64,000 nucleotides of DNA from contig OY970194.1 in NCBI GenBank assembly GCA_963708075.1, forward strand, positions 2,976,001 through 3,040,000, written 5' to 3'. The notes below the pieces were generated by a model. The model ran no database searches, was not told where the DNA came from, and was given only the letters and a program-made list of their open reading frames with translations. The DNA comes from Sedimentisphaerales bacterium. Lineage in GTDB: Bacteria; Planctomycetota; Phycisphaerae; Sedimentisphaerales; Anaerobacaceae. How positions within the stretch are numbered: position 1 is the first letter of the stretch; the number at the start of each line of letters is the position of its first letter. Below, piece by piece: positions 37,441-48,934 of the stretch. The translations under genes and the position numbers were made by a program.

Positions 37441-37604
37441 GAGGCTCTAACAGAATGAGCCTTGCTTATGTCACCCCCGCGCAGGCGGGGGTCCAGAGCT
37501 TGCCCTCGCGAAGGCGGGGGATCGTTCGATAGGCGGCTGGATTCCCGCCTTCGCGGGAATGACATGTGGGCGACCTTGCCATATCTTCATTCTGTTAGAG
37601 ACCC
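37441..37604. mobile_element. MITE-like element carrying REP-type hairpins
   Basis: 14-bp perfect outer IR CTCTAACAGAATGA (37445-37458 / 37587-37600); inner GTCACCCCCGCGCAGGCGGGGGTCCAG...CTGGATTCCCGCCTTCGCGGGAATGAC. Confidence 0.65.
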
Positions 37605-37623
37605 AAAGAGAATCCACACAGGC

Positions 37624-39147
<1,524 letters not shown>

Positions 39148-39176
39148 GTCCTGCCTTCTCCTTCGCTTGTGCTGTC

Positions 39177-39230
39177 AACAAAATTGTAACCTCAGCTTCA
39201 GAGCTTACAATTTTGTCTGCGTAAAGCCAA
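39177..39230 (-). promoter_or_regulatory. Activator's own sigma70-like promoter overlapped by paired palindromes
   Basis: AACAAAATTGTA (39177) and TACAATTTTGTC (39206); TTGGCT-17-TAAGCT at 39230-39202. Confidence 0.65.
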
Positions 39231-39252
39231 GGAGAATTTTCGATCGGCCCCG

Positions 39253-39390
39253 CTATGTTTCAGGCAATTCTTTCTCAATCACAGCGATAGTCATTTCGAC
39301 GCCGTCGTTGTTTCGCAGAACGTGGGAAATGTCTTCTGCATTCTTCCTGTACCGTTCGTTCGACAGGCATTCCGAAATGGCTTGGGCCCA
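39253..39390 (-). pseudogene. C-terminal remnant resembling a GT1 (UDP-glycosyltransferase) family protein
   Basis: WAQAISECLSNERYRKNAEDISHVLRNNDGVEMTIAVIEKELPET*; in-frame stop just upstream. Confidence 0.5.
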
Positions 39391-39571
39391 CCCGTGAAGA
39401 ATTCAAGAATTTGCGAGACTTTTTTGCGGGCAGCAGGTAGGATGGGGCTGACTTGCCGAGGCAATTACGACGGGATCAGGGCGTCTGTGCAAGATACGTA
39501 ACGGAGTACGGCAAGATGGCGAAGAAGCCGAACCGGCCCCAACAAGAGGGGACGCATCCATCACGCCGGAC

Positions 39572-42409
39572 GTGCGAGCCACTGCGTCCGCGACAGCAGG
39601 CCGCCAGTGTTGTTGCGCGCCAGCCAGACCCGGCGCCGCAATCGAGGCCCAGCAACTCGATCTGCTCCTTCAACTCTCCTGCGACGGCGTCGTGCTGCAC
39701 GAACTGATTTCAGAAACGGCCCCAGGCAATTTCCTGCAGGCCAATCAAGCCATCTGCCGGCTGTTGGGCTACAGCCTGGAGGAGATGCACCGGCTTACCC
39801 CGCTGGATATCCTGGCGCCGGAAGACCTCGCCAAGGTGCCCGGTGACACGGCGGTCATGGAGCGCGACGGGATCCTCATCCACCAGAAGACACTGCTCGC
39901 CAAGGACGGCTGTCGCATCCCCGTCGAGATCAGCTCGCGGCTGTTTGAGCACGACGGCAGACGAATGGCTGTCTCCAATATCCGCGACATTACCGAGCGA
40001 AAGCGAGTGGAAGAGGCACTGCGACAATCAGAGGAAAAAGCCAAAGACCTCATTCGACATGCCCCGGCGGGCATTTACGAGATCACTTTTCGGGGTCCGA
40101 GATTCAAAAACGTCAACGACGTCCTGTGCCAGTATCTCGGATACACCCGGGAAGAACTCCTGCCAATGAACCCCTTCGACATCCTGGACGAGAGAGGCAA
40201 GACGGTCTTCCAGGAAAGGATTCAAAAGCGGCTGGCCGGAGAGAAAGTCGATGAGTCGGCAGAATACAAGGTCAGGGCAAAGGACGGACGCCAGTACGAC
40301 GTCATTCTGAAGTCAACGCTGACCTACAAGGATGGAGAACCCGAGGGCGCGCTGATCATCGCTCACGACGTCACGGCGCACAAGCAGGCGGAGGAAGCCC
40401 TGCGCGAGAGCGAGCAGCGGCTGAGGCTGGCGATGGAGGGCGCGCAGATGGGCCGGTGGGAGTGGGACCTGCGGACCCATGAACACTACTGGTCCGAGCG
40501 GGTGTACGAGTTGCTGGGGTTGGAGCCGTATCGAAAAGCCTCGACAAGAACCTTGCTCGATCGCGTCCATCCGGCGGACAAAAAGGCCATTACGAAGCTC
40601 GCCGATCAGGTGATCGCCGGTGAGACAGACTTCCGCACGGAGTTTCGGATCCTCTGTGACATGAGGGAGCCCCGGGGAGAGGTTCGCTGGCTATCCTCTC
40701 AGGGCACGCTGGTTCGGAACAAGGACGGCCGACCCGAGCGCGTGCTGGGGATGCTTTATGACATCACACAACGAAAGCAGATGGAGGCGGAGCTGCGACA
40801 ATTGAATGAGCGGCTGGAGAAGGAGGTGAAGGCGCAGACGGAGCAGTTGCGGGAGTCGGTCGGCCGGCTGCAGGATGAGGTGGCCCGGCGGGTGATGGCG
40901 GAGGCCGGGCTGCGAAAGCAGTCGCGAATGCTCGAAGGCTTCTTCCGGCACACGGTCGCCCCCCTGGCCTTTCTGGATCGCCGGCTGCGCTACGTGCGAG
41001 TCAACGAGGCTTACGCCAGAGCCAACGGCAAATCCCCCGAGTACTTCGCGGGCAAGGACTACTTCTCGCTCCACTCGGACCCTCAGATGCGGGCGGTCTT
41101 CGAGCAGGTGATGCATGCCCGGCAGCCCTATCTCGCCCACGCCCTGCCGCACGTCCATCGCGACGACCCAGAGCAGCGTCTGACCTTCTGGGATTGGCAG
41201 CTCACCCCCCTGCTCAGCGATACCGGCGACGTGCAATTCCTCGTGCTGAACCTCGAAGACGTCACGAAGGAGCAGACGGCCCTGCGGGAACTGGAGCACC
41301 GCGCCGGCCAGCTTCAGAAGCTCACGCTCCAGTTGTCACAGGCGGAAGACCACGAGCGCAAGCGTCTGGCGGACCTGCTCCACGACGACCTGCAACAGAT
41401 ACTGGCGGCGGCCAAGTTCCACATCGGCCTGCTGGACAGCCAGGCCACAGACGCCGGGGCGGTGCACGAGATCGCCGGAGAGATCAAGCAGATGCTCAAG
41501 GAGGCAATCGACAAATCCCGCAGCCTCTCGCATGAGCTGAGCCCGGTGTTCTACCAGGTCGATCTGGCGGATGTCTTCGAATGGCTGGCCGACCAGATGC
41601 AGAGCAGGCACGGCCTGACGGTTCACGTCGAGGTCCGCGGCCGGGCGGATTCCCCGTCGGAGGCGATGAAGGCGTTCCTCTACAAGGCCGCCCACGAGAT
41701 GCTGTTCAACATCATCAAACACGCGGGGGTGAACAGGGCCACGTTGCGGCTTCGACGCATGCGCAAACACTTGTGGCTCACCATCTCCGACCAGGGACAA
41801 GGCTTCGACCCGAAAACGCTGGCAAAGACATCCGGGTTCGGCCTGCTGACCATCCGCGAGCGCGTCGAGCTGCTCGGCGGCCGCATGAGGATCAAGAGCA
41901 CCAAGGGCAAGGGCAGCATCTTTCTTATCGCCGTTCCCGATCTCGCCAAAGCTGCGCTGGACGCGGTGATCGCGCCGGGCGCAAGACGCCCGCCGGGCGG
42001 CGGCCTGCGCGTGCTGCTCGTGGACGACCAGAAGATCGTGCGCGAGGGTCTGGCCGCCCTGTTGACCGCACAGGCCGACATCGATCTCATCGGCCAGGCG
42101 GCCAACGGCCTCGAGGCCATCGAGCTGGCGCGCCGGCTTACGCCCGATGTCGTCGTGATGGATGTTGCGATGCCCGTGATGGCCGGCGACGCGGCCACAC
42201 GCCAAATCAAACAGGAACTTCCAAAGACGCGGATCATTGCCCTGTCCATGCTCCAGGACCCGCAGATCGCCAAGGAGATGTGTGACGCCGGGGCTGAGGC
42301 CTACCTGACCAAGACCGCATCCACCACCGAGTTGCTCGCCGCCATCCGAGGCGGAGAACTGCCGGAATACGACGTATTAGGACAGATAAGACCCATAGGA
42401 CCTATGTGA
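39572..42409 (+). CDS. Cytoplasmic multi-PAS hybrid histidine kinase (HisKA_3-HATPase-REC); start uncertain
   Basis: Four PAS/PAC units (RDITERK), ERKRLADLLHDDLQQ, NIIKHA, DQGQGF, GFGL, REC VLLVDD..MDVAMP. Confidence 0.9.
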   Translation: MRATASATAGRQCCCAPARPGAAIEAQQLDLLLQLSCDGVVLHELISETAPGNFLQANQAICRLLGYSLEEMHRLTPLDILAPEDLAKVPGDTAVMERDGILIHQKTLLAKDGCRIPVEISSRLFEHDGRRMAVSNIRDITERKRVEEALRQSEEKAKDLIRHAPAGIYEITFRGPRFKNVNDVLCQYLGYTREELLPMNPFDILDERGKTVFQERIQKRLAGEKVDESAEYKVRAKDGRQYDVILKSTLTYKDGEPEGALIIAHDVTAHKQAEEALRESEQRLRLAMEGAQMGRWEWDLRTHEHYWSERVYELLGLEPYRKASTRTLLDRVHPADKKAITKLADQVIAGETDFRTEFRILCDMREPRGEVRWLSSQGTLVRNKDGRPERVLGMLYDITQRKQMEAELRQLNERLEKEVKAQTEQLRESVGRLQDEVARRVMAEAGLRKQSRMLEGFFRHTVAPLAFLDRRLRYVRVNEAYARANGKSPEYFAGKDYFSLHSDPQMRAVFEQVMHARQPYLAHALPHVHRDDPEQRLTFWDWQLTPLLSDTGDVQFLVLNLEDVTKEQTALRELEHRAGQLQKLTLQLSQAEDHERKRLADLLHDDLQQILAAAKFHIGLLDSQATDAGAVHEIAGEIKQMLKEAIDKSRSLSHELSPVFYQVDLADVFEWLADQMQSRHGLTVHVEVRGRADSPSEAMKAFLYKAAHEMLFNIIKHAGVNRATLRLRRMRKHLWLTISDQGQGFDPKTLAKTSGFGLLTIRERVELLGGRMRIKSTKGKGSIFLIAVPDLAKAALDAVIAPGARRPPGGGLRVLLVDDQKIVREGLAALLTAQADIDLIGQAANGLEAIELARRLTPDVVVMDVAMPVMAGDAATRQIKQELPKTRIIALSMLQDPQIAKEMCDAGAEAYLTKTASTTELLAAIRGGELPEYDVLGQIRPIGPM

Positions 42410-42424
42410 GTGGTGGGCCGGATT

Positions 42425-43582
42425 TCACGCGATCCGCTGGCAGAGCCAGGCGGCGAGGAAACCACCGTAGGTGCCCAGGGCGTAGCCCATCAGGGCCATG
42501 AGGATGCCCACCGGGACCAGCCGCGGATTGTGATGGGCGGCGACAAGCGATGCGCCGGCGACCCCGCCGATATTGGCGACGCTGGCAATCGCCGTGGAGT
42601 GAATATCCACGCGAAACAGTCTCGCGCCCAGCACACACGCGGCCCCGTGCAGGGCCACCCAGAGGTAGGCAGCCAATAGGAACCATATCACCTGTTCCCG
42701 CAGGCCGGAGAGATTGGCCCGGGCCCCCATGTTCGCCACGAAGAGATAGATCAGCGCCATGGCCAGTTCCTGGCTGCCGGGGATTCGCTTTGCCGGCGTC
42801 GCCGAGAGCAGCAGACCGAACGTCGTCACAAGCAGAATCTTCCACGTGCCGGTGGTGAGGACCGGCGCAGCTTGCGGCAGAAGATGCGCGACATGCCCGG
42901 CGGCCAGTGTCGCACCGAAACCCAGGAACAGCAGGTACAGAAGATGCGCGACCGCCATGCGTTCCTCGGCGGCTTTCGCCCCTGCATCGGCTCGTTCGAG
43001 CATTTCGATCCGCTTCGGGTCCACGCGAGTGAACCGGTTGAACCACGGGGCCAGCCCTTTCGAGGCCAGAAGAATCGGCAGCCACACGATGTAGACCATG
43101 TTGTCCCCAAGCACAGCCAGGCCGAACTCCGTGCCCGAAGCCCCGATGCCCTGACTGACCGCGGCCATGTTCGCCGTGCCGCCGATCCAACTGCCGGCCA
43201 GCGAGCCGAACGCCTTCCAGGCCGTTGGGTCCAGCTTGTCCTTCACGACGCTGTAGGCCAGCGGCGCCCCGAGGATCACGCCCGCACTGCCGCAGAGCAT
43301 CACGAGGACCCCTTTGCCCATGACCCGCACCGCCGAGACCACATCCACCTTGAGCAGAATGATCGTCAGCAAGAACGGCAGCATGGTCTCGCTCATCCAG
43401 TCGTACACCGGGCCCTCGTGCGCGAGCACGCCGGAGTTGGACAGGATCATCGGCACGAAGTAGATGAACAGCAGCGGCGGAAAGTACGCGAACACCCGCC
43501 ATTTCGTCCACCGCTCGACAAAGAGGGCCCCCGCCGCCACGCCCGTCAGCACAGCCAGCACCGCCGGAGGATTGTCAATCAT
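42425..43582 (-). CDS. DUF819 family membrane protein
   Basis: About 10 TM; LAGSWIGGTANM, ASVANIGG, GYALGTY. Confidence 0.85.
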   Translation of the reverse strand: MIDNPPAVLAVLTGVAAGALFVERWTKWRVFAYFPPLLFIYFVPMILSNSGVLAHEGPVYDWMSETMLPFLLTIILLKVDVVSAVRVMGKGVLVMLCGSAGVILGAPLAYSVVKDKLDPTAWKAFGSLAGSWIGGTANMAAVSQGIGASGTEFGLAVLGDNMVYIVWLPILLASKGLAPWFNRFTRVDPKRIEMLERADAGAKAAEERMAVAHLLYLLFLGFGATLAAGHVAHLLPQAAPVLTTGTWKILLVTTFGLLLSATPAKRIPGSQELAMALIYLFVANMGARANLSGLREQVIWFLLAAYLWVALHGAACVLGARLFRVDIHSTAIASVANIGGVAGASLVAAHHNPRLVPVGILMALMGYALGTYGGFLAAWLCQRIA

Positions 43583-43699
43583 GCCCAGTGCCCAATACCG
43601 ATTCCGTTCAGTTTCAACGCCCCATCAAAGAACCATTGCCGACAGTCTGCCCTGGACGCGAGGTAAAATCAACTACTTGACGTGGGAATAACGGGTTGG

Positions 43700-44746
43700 C
43701 TATTTCTTCGCAGCGTCCAGGTATCGGCCGTAGCACCTGATTGACAGTTTCTCGCCGCCCTTCACCTGCACGGTGAGGATGTCTGCAAATGCGTTGGTCG
43801 CAGCGTCGCGCACCGGCGGCGTGACCTCCACTCTGAGCCGGTAGCCGTTAGGAATCGCCCGCTTGCCGAGGGCCTTTGCAAGCCCTTTTTCCGACGAGGC
43901 GGTCTCGATCTCGAACTGCTCGTCGTAGTTGTTGGTGATCGTGATGTACTCCACTTCGGGCTGCAGGGGTGTGGGATTCACGAGCACAATGGAGCCGGGC
44001 ATTATCCTGAACTGTGGCATCATCCTGAAAGGAATGGTGACCTTGTCCTGCTCCGGATGAGTCAGAGAGATCGTAATGGCCCCCGCTGACTGTTTCTTGA
44101 GCTTCTCCAAATCGACCTTGGGGTCGAGCACAAACTTAGTGGCCTTCGCTGATGGGTTCACATCGGCTGTGATGATTTGGCCGGTCGATTGGAACGACTT
44201 TATGGAGAACGGCTTCTTATCGAAACTGGTGATCGTGATCTTCGGGCAGCCGGCGTTCTCTTTGTTGGGCACAAGCTCGAATCTCTGCGGTTGATAGTCA
44301 ACCTTGAGCACGACTTGAGCCCTGATGTTCAGCACCACGAGCGGTTTCGTTTGATCGTTGCTAAGAACGCGGAGTTGCCGGCTCATCAAGCCCGCACTGG
44401 CGCCCGTGTTATACTGAACCTTCAGCGTGCCGCTCTCGCCTGGCGCCAACTCCTTCTTATCCAACGTCACCACGGCGCCGCAACATTTCCTGACGTCGCT
44501 GATGTTGAGAACGTCGCTTCCGGTATTCTTGAATGCGAACTGCGCGGTGCAGTCGCTCTGCGAGGAGACCTCGCCGAAATCGTGAGCGGTCTTGTCAAAG
44601 GTGATTCTGGGCCCTCCTGTGGCGGTCTGAGCTTCCTGTGGCTCGGCCACCCCATCGGGTGTCCCGGCCTGCTGCGCATAGCCGGTTTGCGAGAGGACAA
44701 ACACCGTGAGAACGATAAGGGCCCGCCGCACGCAATCGCATTTCAT
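43700..44746 (-). CDS. DUF1573 domain exported protein
   Basis: Signal peptide; HDFGEV..FAFKNTG..LNISDVRKCCG..LAPGESG. Confidence 0.8.
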   Translation of the reverse strand: MKCDCVRRALIVLTVFVLSQTGYAQQAGTPDGVAEPQEAQTATGGPRITFDKTAHDFGEVSSQSDCTAQFAFKNTGSDVLNISDVRKCCGAVVTLDKKELAPGESGTLKVQYNTGASAGLMSRQLRVLSNDQTKPLVVLNIRAQVVLKVDYQPQRFELVPNKENAGCPKITITSFDKKPFSIKSFQSTGQIITADVNPSAKATKFVLDPKVDLEKLKKQSAGAITISLTHPEQDKVTIPFRMMPQFRIMPGSIVLVNPTPLQPEVEYITITNNYDEQFEIETASSEKGLAKALGKRAIPNGYRLRVEVTPPVRDAATNAFADILTVQVKGGEKLSIRCYGRYLDAAKK

Positions 44747-44854
44747 AGACATACCTCTAACAACCTGATAATAGCCAACCGACATGATCATACCATCGTT
44801 GGCCTCACCCACAAGGGCAATATCTTCCCGACCGTCTTTCTACACAAACAGGAA

Positions 44855-44880
44855 AGGGCTGGCGCCGAAACGCCAGCCCT
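44855..44880 (-). terminator. Intrinsic terminator
   Basis: AGGGCTGGCG-6-CGCCAGCCCT stem followed by TTCCTGTTT on minus strand. Confidence 0.65.
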
Positions 44881-44932
44881 CAAAGAACAACTTACACGCG
44901 TGACTCCACGCCTGGAACACAGCCGACAGCGA

Positions 44933-45718
44933 TTACAGAAAAGCGTCGTCGCCGAGGGATACATCAGTGCCCCACGGATAGATCCGAACCTGGAGCAGCT
45001 TCAGGCCGTGGTTGTCATATTCCCAGTACTCGTTCGCGAGCATATCGTCGAAGATGGGAACGCGCACATACACGGTGTCGATGACGAAACCATCTGCATC
45101 CAGGATTTCGACCTGCAGAACGAGGGTCGTAAGCTCAGCCGTCACGTTTGCGAACTCGGTCTTGCCCTTGACACGGGTAGTGACTTCCGAGCCGACTTGC
45201 TCAAGGGAGCACTGGCCACCGAAATAGCCTGCACGGTTCAGGACGCGGACAGCAGCGGCATCGAGGAAGTCCGCGAGTTCACTCGTCAGGATCGTCGCGC
45301 AGGTGGTTATGTTGGCATAAGGCAAGTCTTTGGGGCTGCCCAGAGGCCGGACATAGATCGAATACGCGGACGTGGTATCGGCGCCGTCTTCATCACCGAT
45401 CACGTAGGCATCGAGGTCCGGGTCCTCCATCTGGAACGTCGCGCCATCAGCATCGGTACCGTTCTTGTCCAGCACGGCAAACTCATCGCCCACGACCAGG
45501 CAGATCTTGGAGAAGCCGTTGAGGTCCACGAAGATGGTGTTGCCATAACCATGCTCCGCCTCGGCTTGGTTGAAATCCACTTTCTTGGGGTTCTGCACGC
45601 CGATGATGTTCAGGGTCTCATGCGCACCGACCAATTTCTGTCCGTCAGTGCCCTCGAGGGACCAAGCCGTCCCCACAATCATCGCCAGCACCGCTAGACT
45701 CACAATCACTCTCTTCAT
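44933..45718 (-). CDS. Secreted acidic hypothetical protein
   Basis: GAGGAG RBS; MKRVIVSLAVLAM signal peptide; D/E-rich. Confidence 0.75.
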   Translation of the reverse strand: MKRVIVSLAVLAMIVGTAWSLEGTDGQKLVGAHETLNIIGVQNPKKVDFNQAEAEHGYGNTIFVDLNGFSKICLVVGDEFAVLDKNGTDADGATFQMEDPDLDAYVIGDEDGADTTSAYSIYVRPLGSPKDLPYANITTCATILTSELADFLDAAAVRVLNRAGYFGGQCSLEQVGSEVTTRVKGKTEFANVTAELTTLVLQVEILDADGFVIDTVYVRVPIFDDMLANEYWEYDNHGLKLLQVRIYPWGTDVSLGDDAFL

Positions 45719-46381
45719 TTTTCATCTCCTCTTCAAATACCAGTTATTGTTCGTGTTAACATCACCATCCCTCGGCCTCACTCTGCGGCATCCCTCCTTC
45801 GATGCCATCATTGTTGCTACCATCTCTCCCTGAAAACCTTACTCTCCTCACCTCCTTTCTGGATTGTTCCGCCGCCTGCGCGAATTGTCGCGCCTGCGTC
45901 AGTGCAATCCAAAACGCACGTCTGGATCTGGCTTCCAACTATGAACAGACTGATCTATGTAAAGAACTCGGTGTGATGACGCGTGGTGGAAATGACCACC
46001 GCTCTCTCCATCCCCTACCCCTTCTCTTCTCTCACTCTCAACCCGTAGGTTCCCAAAACGCGATAAGATCGCCCTCAGGATCCCTTTGTGTAACCTTCCT
46101 CTCGCGAAACGCCCGTATTTTATAGGTCCTTCCACCCAAAAGTCAAGCCAAAAGAAAAAAAACACAGATCTTCAGTGAATTCTCGGACCTGAGCGACATT
46201 TCAGTGGGTTTCTGTCGCGACGTAATTCTTTTGATGAAAACCACTTACGAGCACGGCCACCTGTCACGCGGCAGCCTCGTGACGTGCCATCCAGCCAGGG
46301 ACTTTGGCGAAGGTGATGACCACAGAAAGGACTGCCCCGGACAAGCCATGGCAGCGGGACATATGTCACGTCCGCCGGAGG

Positions 46382-47434
46382 TCACTGGAGGTCTATCAGG
46401 ATTTGGGCGGCGGCGAGGTTGGGGTTGGTCCAGTGGATGGCCGCGAGGGCCTGTCGGGTCTGAGGCGTCAGGGGCATGCGCCAGCGGTCGGCGAAGACGG
46501 ACGAGAGGTCTTTCCCGGCCGCACAGGAAGCACAGACCAGCCAATTCAGGGATTGACGCAGGGCCGCTTCCTCGGTCTTTGGCTCGACCTGTGGGCACGC
46601 AGCGAGCTGAGCGAAGAAGCGTTTGAGCCATCGCTCGCCCCCGCAATCGCGACGCAGCTTGAGCATCGCCGAGGCGTACATCACCGGCTGGTCGGAGCAC
46701 CCGATCGGTTCGCCATTCTTGTCCTTGAGCCGAGGGGCCTTCTCGTCCAGGCCGGCGGCCGTGGTAAAGCCCTGGAGGAAGCTCATGTCGGATTCGGCGA
46801 ACAGCTTCTCGGCGGCCTCAATGCCTCGCCGGGTCTCGATATCCGGATCGTCGCATTTCAGGACGTCCATGCATACGTATCGCATGAAGACGGCGTAGCC
46901 CGTGATGAATAGCGAGTGCCGGTCCTCGAAGGTGTAGAAGTTGCGGCCCATCTCATAGAAATAGTAGTGAGGCATGGCCTTGGGATTGGAGGCAAGCAGG
47001 CGGCAGTCCTCGTCATAGAAGCCGGCGTACTCGATGCCCGTCAGGCCGACGTACCCGCAGCCGAAGCCGCAGGTAAAGTCGGCGTTTGGCACAGCGATCA
47101 TCGTGGGTTTGCCGTCGAGCTGCTTGAATAGCTCAGGCCGTCGGCCCGTCAGATCGGCATAGAGCCGCCACCCGGCGTCGAGCCGCGCCAGCAGCCGGCC
47201 CATGACCTCGCCATCCATGTTACTTCGCGTCGTGAGAAATACGACCTCCTTGCCCTGCCATGGAAATAGCTTCGTCGAGGTATTCGTCTGCTTCCAGTGA
47301 TTGGGGTCAATGACGATCTCGTTGCACTCCACGGGCGTCCCAGGCCCAACGCCCGCCTGCGCCTCGGAATGCCAGCAGCACAGGGACACTCCGGGCAAAC
47401 AGAAAAGCAGACACGTGACACTGGATCGAATCAT
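46382..47434 (-). CDS. Secreted hypothetical protein with degenerate zincin-like motif
   Basis: Signal peptide; YFYEMGRNF resembling HExGHNF. Confidence 0.6.
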   Translation of the reverse strand: MIRSSVTCLLFCLPGVSLCCWHSEAQAGVGPGTPVECNEIVIDPNHWKQTNTSTKLFPWQGKEVVFLTTRSNMDGEVMGRLLARLDAGWRLYADLTGRRPELFKQLDGKPTMIAVPNADFTCGFGCGYVGLTGIEYAGFYDEDCRLLASNPKAMPHYYFYEMGRNFYTFEDRHSLFITGYAVFMRYVCMDVLKCDDPDIETRRGIEAAEKLFAESDMSFLQGFTTAAGLDEKAPRLKDKNGEPIGCSDQPVMYASAMLKLRRDCGGERWLKRFFAQLAACPQVEPKTEEAALRQSLNWLVCASCAAGKDLSSVFADRWRMPLTPQTRQALAAIHWTNPNLAAAQILIDLQ

Positions 47435-47644
47435 TACTTTGCCCTACCCAATACCCAGGTGGCGTTGAGACGAAACCATACTGTAGGACGTGGGATCCCG
47501 GCGGTCAATGACAAACCGGGAGGCGTCTGTGTAGAGCAACGGGTGCGAGGAATCCGTATTGCGGCTGGAGCGGCGCGGTATTAAAATGGCCGGATACGTG
47601 GTTGGCAACGTGGATAGAATCAAACAGCAGTGAGGAGCCATGGT

Positions 47645-48934
47645 ATGAGTCGCACGGGCATAGCGGATAACAGGCACATCAATCGCCGGCAGTTTTTGCA
47701 GGGGTCCGCCCTGGTGGCCGGTGCGGCCTTTGCGATTCCGACGATTGTCCCATCCTCGGTTTTTGGAGCGGCTGCGCCGTCCGAGCGGATCACCATCGGG
47801 TGCATCGGCGTGGGGAATATGGGCAGCAGCGACCTGAAGGCTTTCAAGGGCAATCCAAACTCCCAGGTCGTGGCGGTGTGTGAGGTAGATGCCGAGCGGC
47901 TTAAGGCCGCACGCGAGCTGGCGGGGATCGACGCCGGCTCCTGCTACAAGGATTTTCGCGAGCTTCTGGCGCGAAGCGACATCGATGCGGTGACGGTGGT
48001 CACGCCGGACCATTGGCACGTGCCCATCTGCATCGCCGCAGTCCACACGGGCAAGGACGTGTACTGCGAGAAGCCTCTGACCCTGGCGATCCTCGAAGGC
48101 CGGCAGTTGGTCAACGAGGTGAAACGGTACGGCCGCATCCTGCAGACGGGCTCGCAGCAGCGCTCCAGCGACAACTTCCGCAAGGCCTGCGAGCTAGTCC
48201 GAAACGGCTACATCGGCGAGGTAAAGACGGTGATCGTCGGACTGCCCAACAATAACCGCACGTGCGAGCCGACGTGGCAGCCGCAACCTGTGCCGGAAGG
48301 GTTCGATTACGATTTCTGGCTGGGACCTGCCGAGTGGGCCCCCTACCACAAACAGCGATGTCACTACGAGTTCCGCTTCCTCCTTGAGTACTCCGGTGGC
48401 CAGGTGACAAACTGGGGCGCGCATCACCTCGACATCGCCCAGTGGGGCCTGGGCATGGACAACACCGGGCCGGTCGAGATCGTCGGCCAGGGCGAGTTCC
48501 CGCAGAGCGGCCTGTTCACGACGGCCACGAAGGTCCACTTCGAGGCGACCTACGCCACCGGCACAAAGCTCATCTGCAGGACGGGCGGATCAAACACACG
48601 ATTCGAGGGAACCAAGGGCTGGGTGGACGTCAAGCGAGGGGGCCTGAAGACTGAGCCGGAATCGCTGGCGACACAGGTGATCGGCCCGCAGGAGACCCAC
48701 CTGTACGACAGCAAGAACCACCACCAGAACTTCCTGGACTGCATCAGGAACCGCCAGGAGCCCATCGCCAATGCGGAGGTCGGACATCGCAGCTCGACGC
48801 TATGTCACCTGGGGAACATTGCCATGCTGCTGAAGCGCCCGCTGAAATGGGATCCGGCCAAAGAGGAATTCATAGGCGACACGGTCGCCAACCGCATGCG
48901 CTGGCGGCCACGAAGGGCCCCGTGGAACCTGTAG
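47645..48934 (+). CDS. Tat-exported Gfo/Idh/MocA oxidoreductase
   Basis: NRRQFL; GCIGVGNMG; TPDHWH; YCEKPL; WGAHHLD. Confidence 0.93.
   Translation: MSRTGIADNRHINRRQFLQGSALVAGAAFAIPTIVPSSVFGAAAPSERITIGCIGVGNMGSSDLKAFKGNPNSQVVAVCEVDAERLKAARELAGIDAGSCYKDFRELLARSDIDAVTVVTPDHWHVPICIAAVHTGKDVYCEKPLTLAILEGRQLVNEVKRYGRILQTGSQQRSSDNFRKACELVRNGYIGEVKTVIVGLPNNNRTCEPTWQPQPVPEGFDYDFWLGPAEWAPYHKQRCHYEFRFLLEYSGGQVTNWGAHHLDIAQWGLGMDNTGPVEIVGQGEFPQSGLFTTATKVHFEATYATGTKLICRTGGSNTRFEGTKGWVDVKRGGLKTEPESLATQVIGPQETHLYDSKNHHQNFLDCIRNRQEPIANAEVGHRSSTLCHLGNIAMLLKRPLKWDPAKEEFIGDTVANRMRWRPRRAPWNL

Noticed and set aside
45720..46200. c-di-GMP or other known riboswitch
   Set aside because: Could not match conserved cores by eye; needs an Infernal search
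46270..46290. Sigma54 promoter at TGGCACGTCAC on minus strand
   Set aside because: No TTGC-like -12 element at the required spacing
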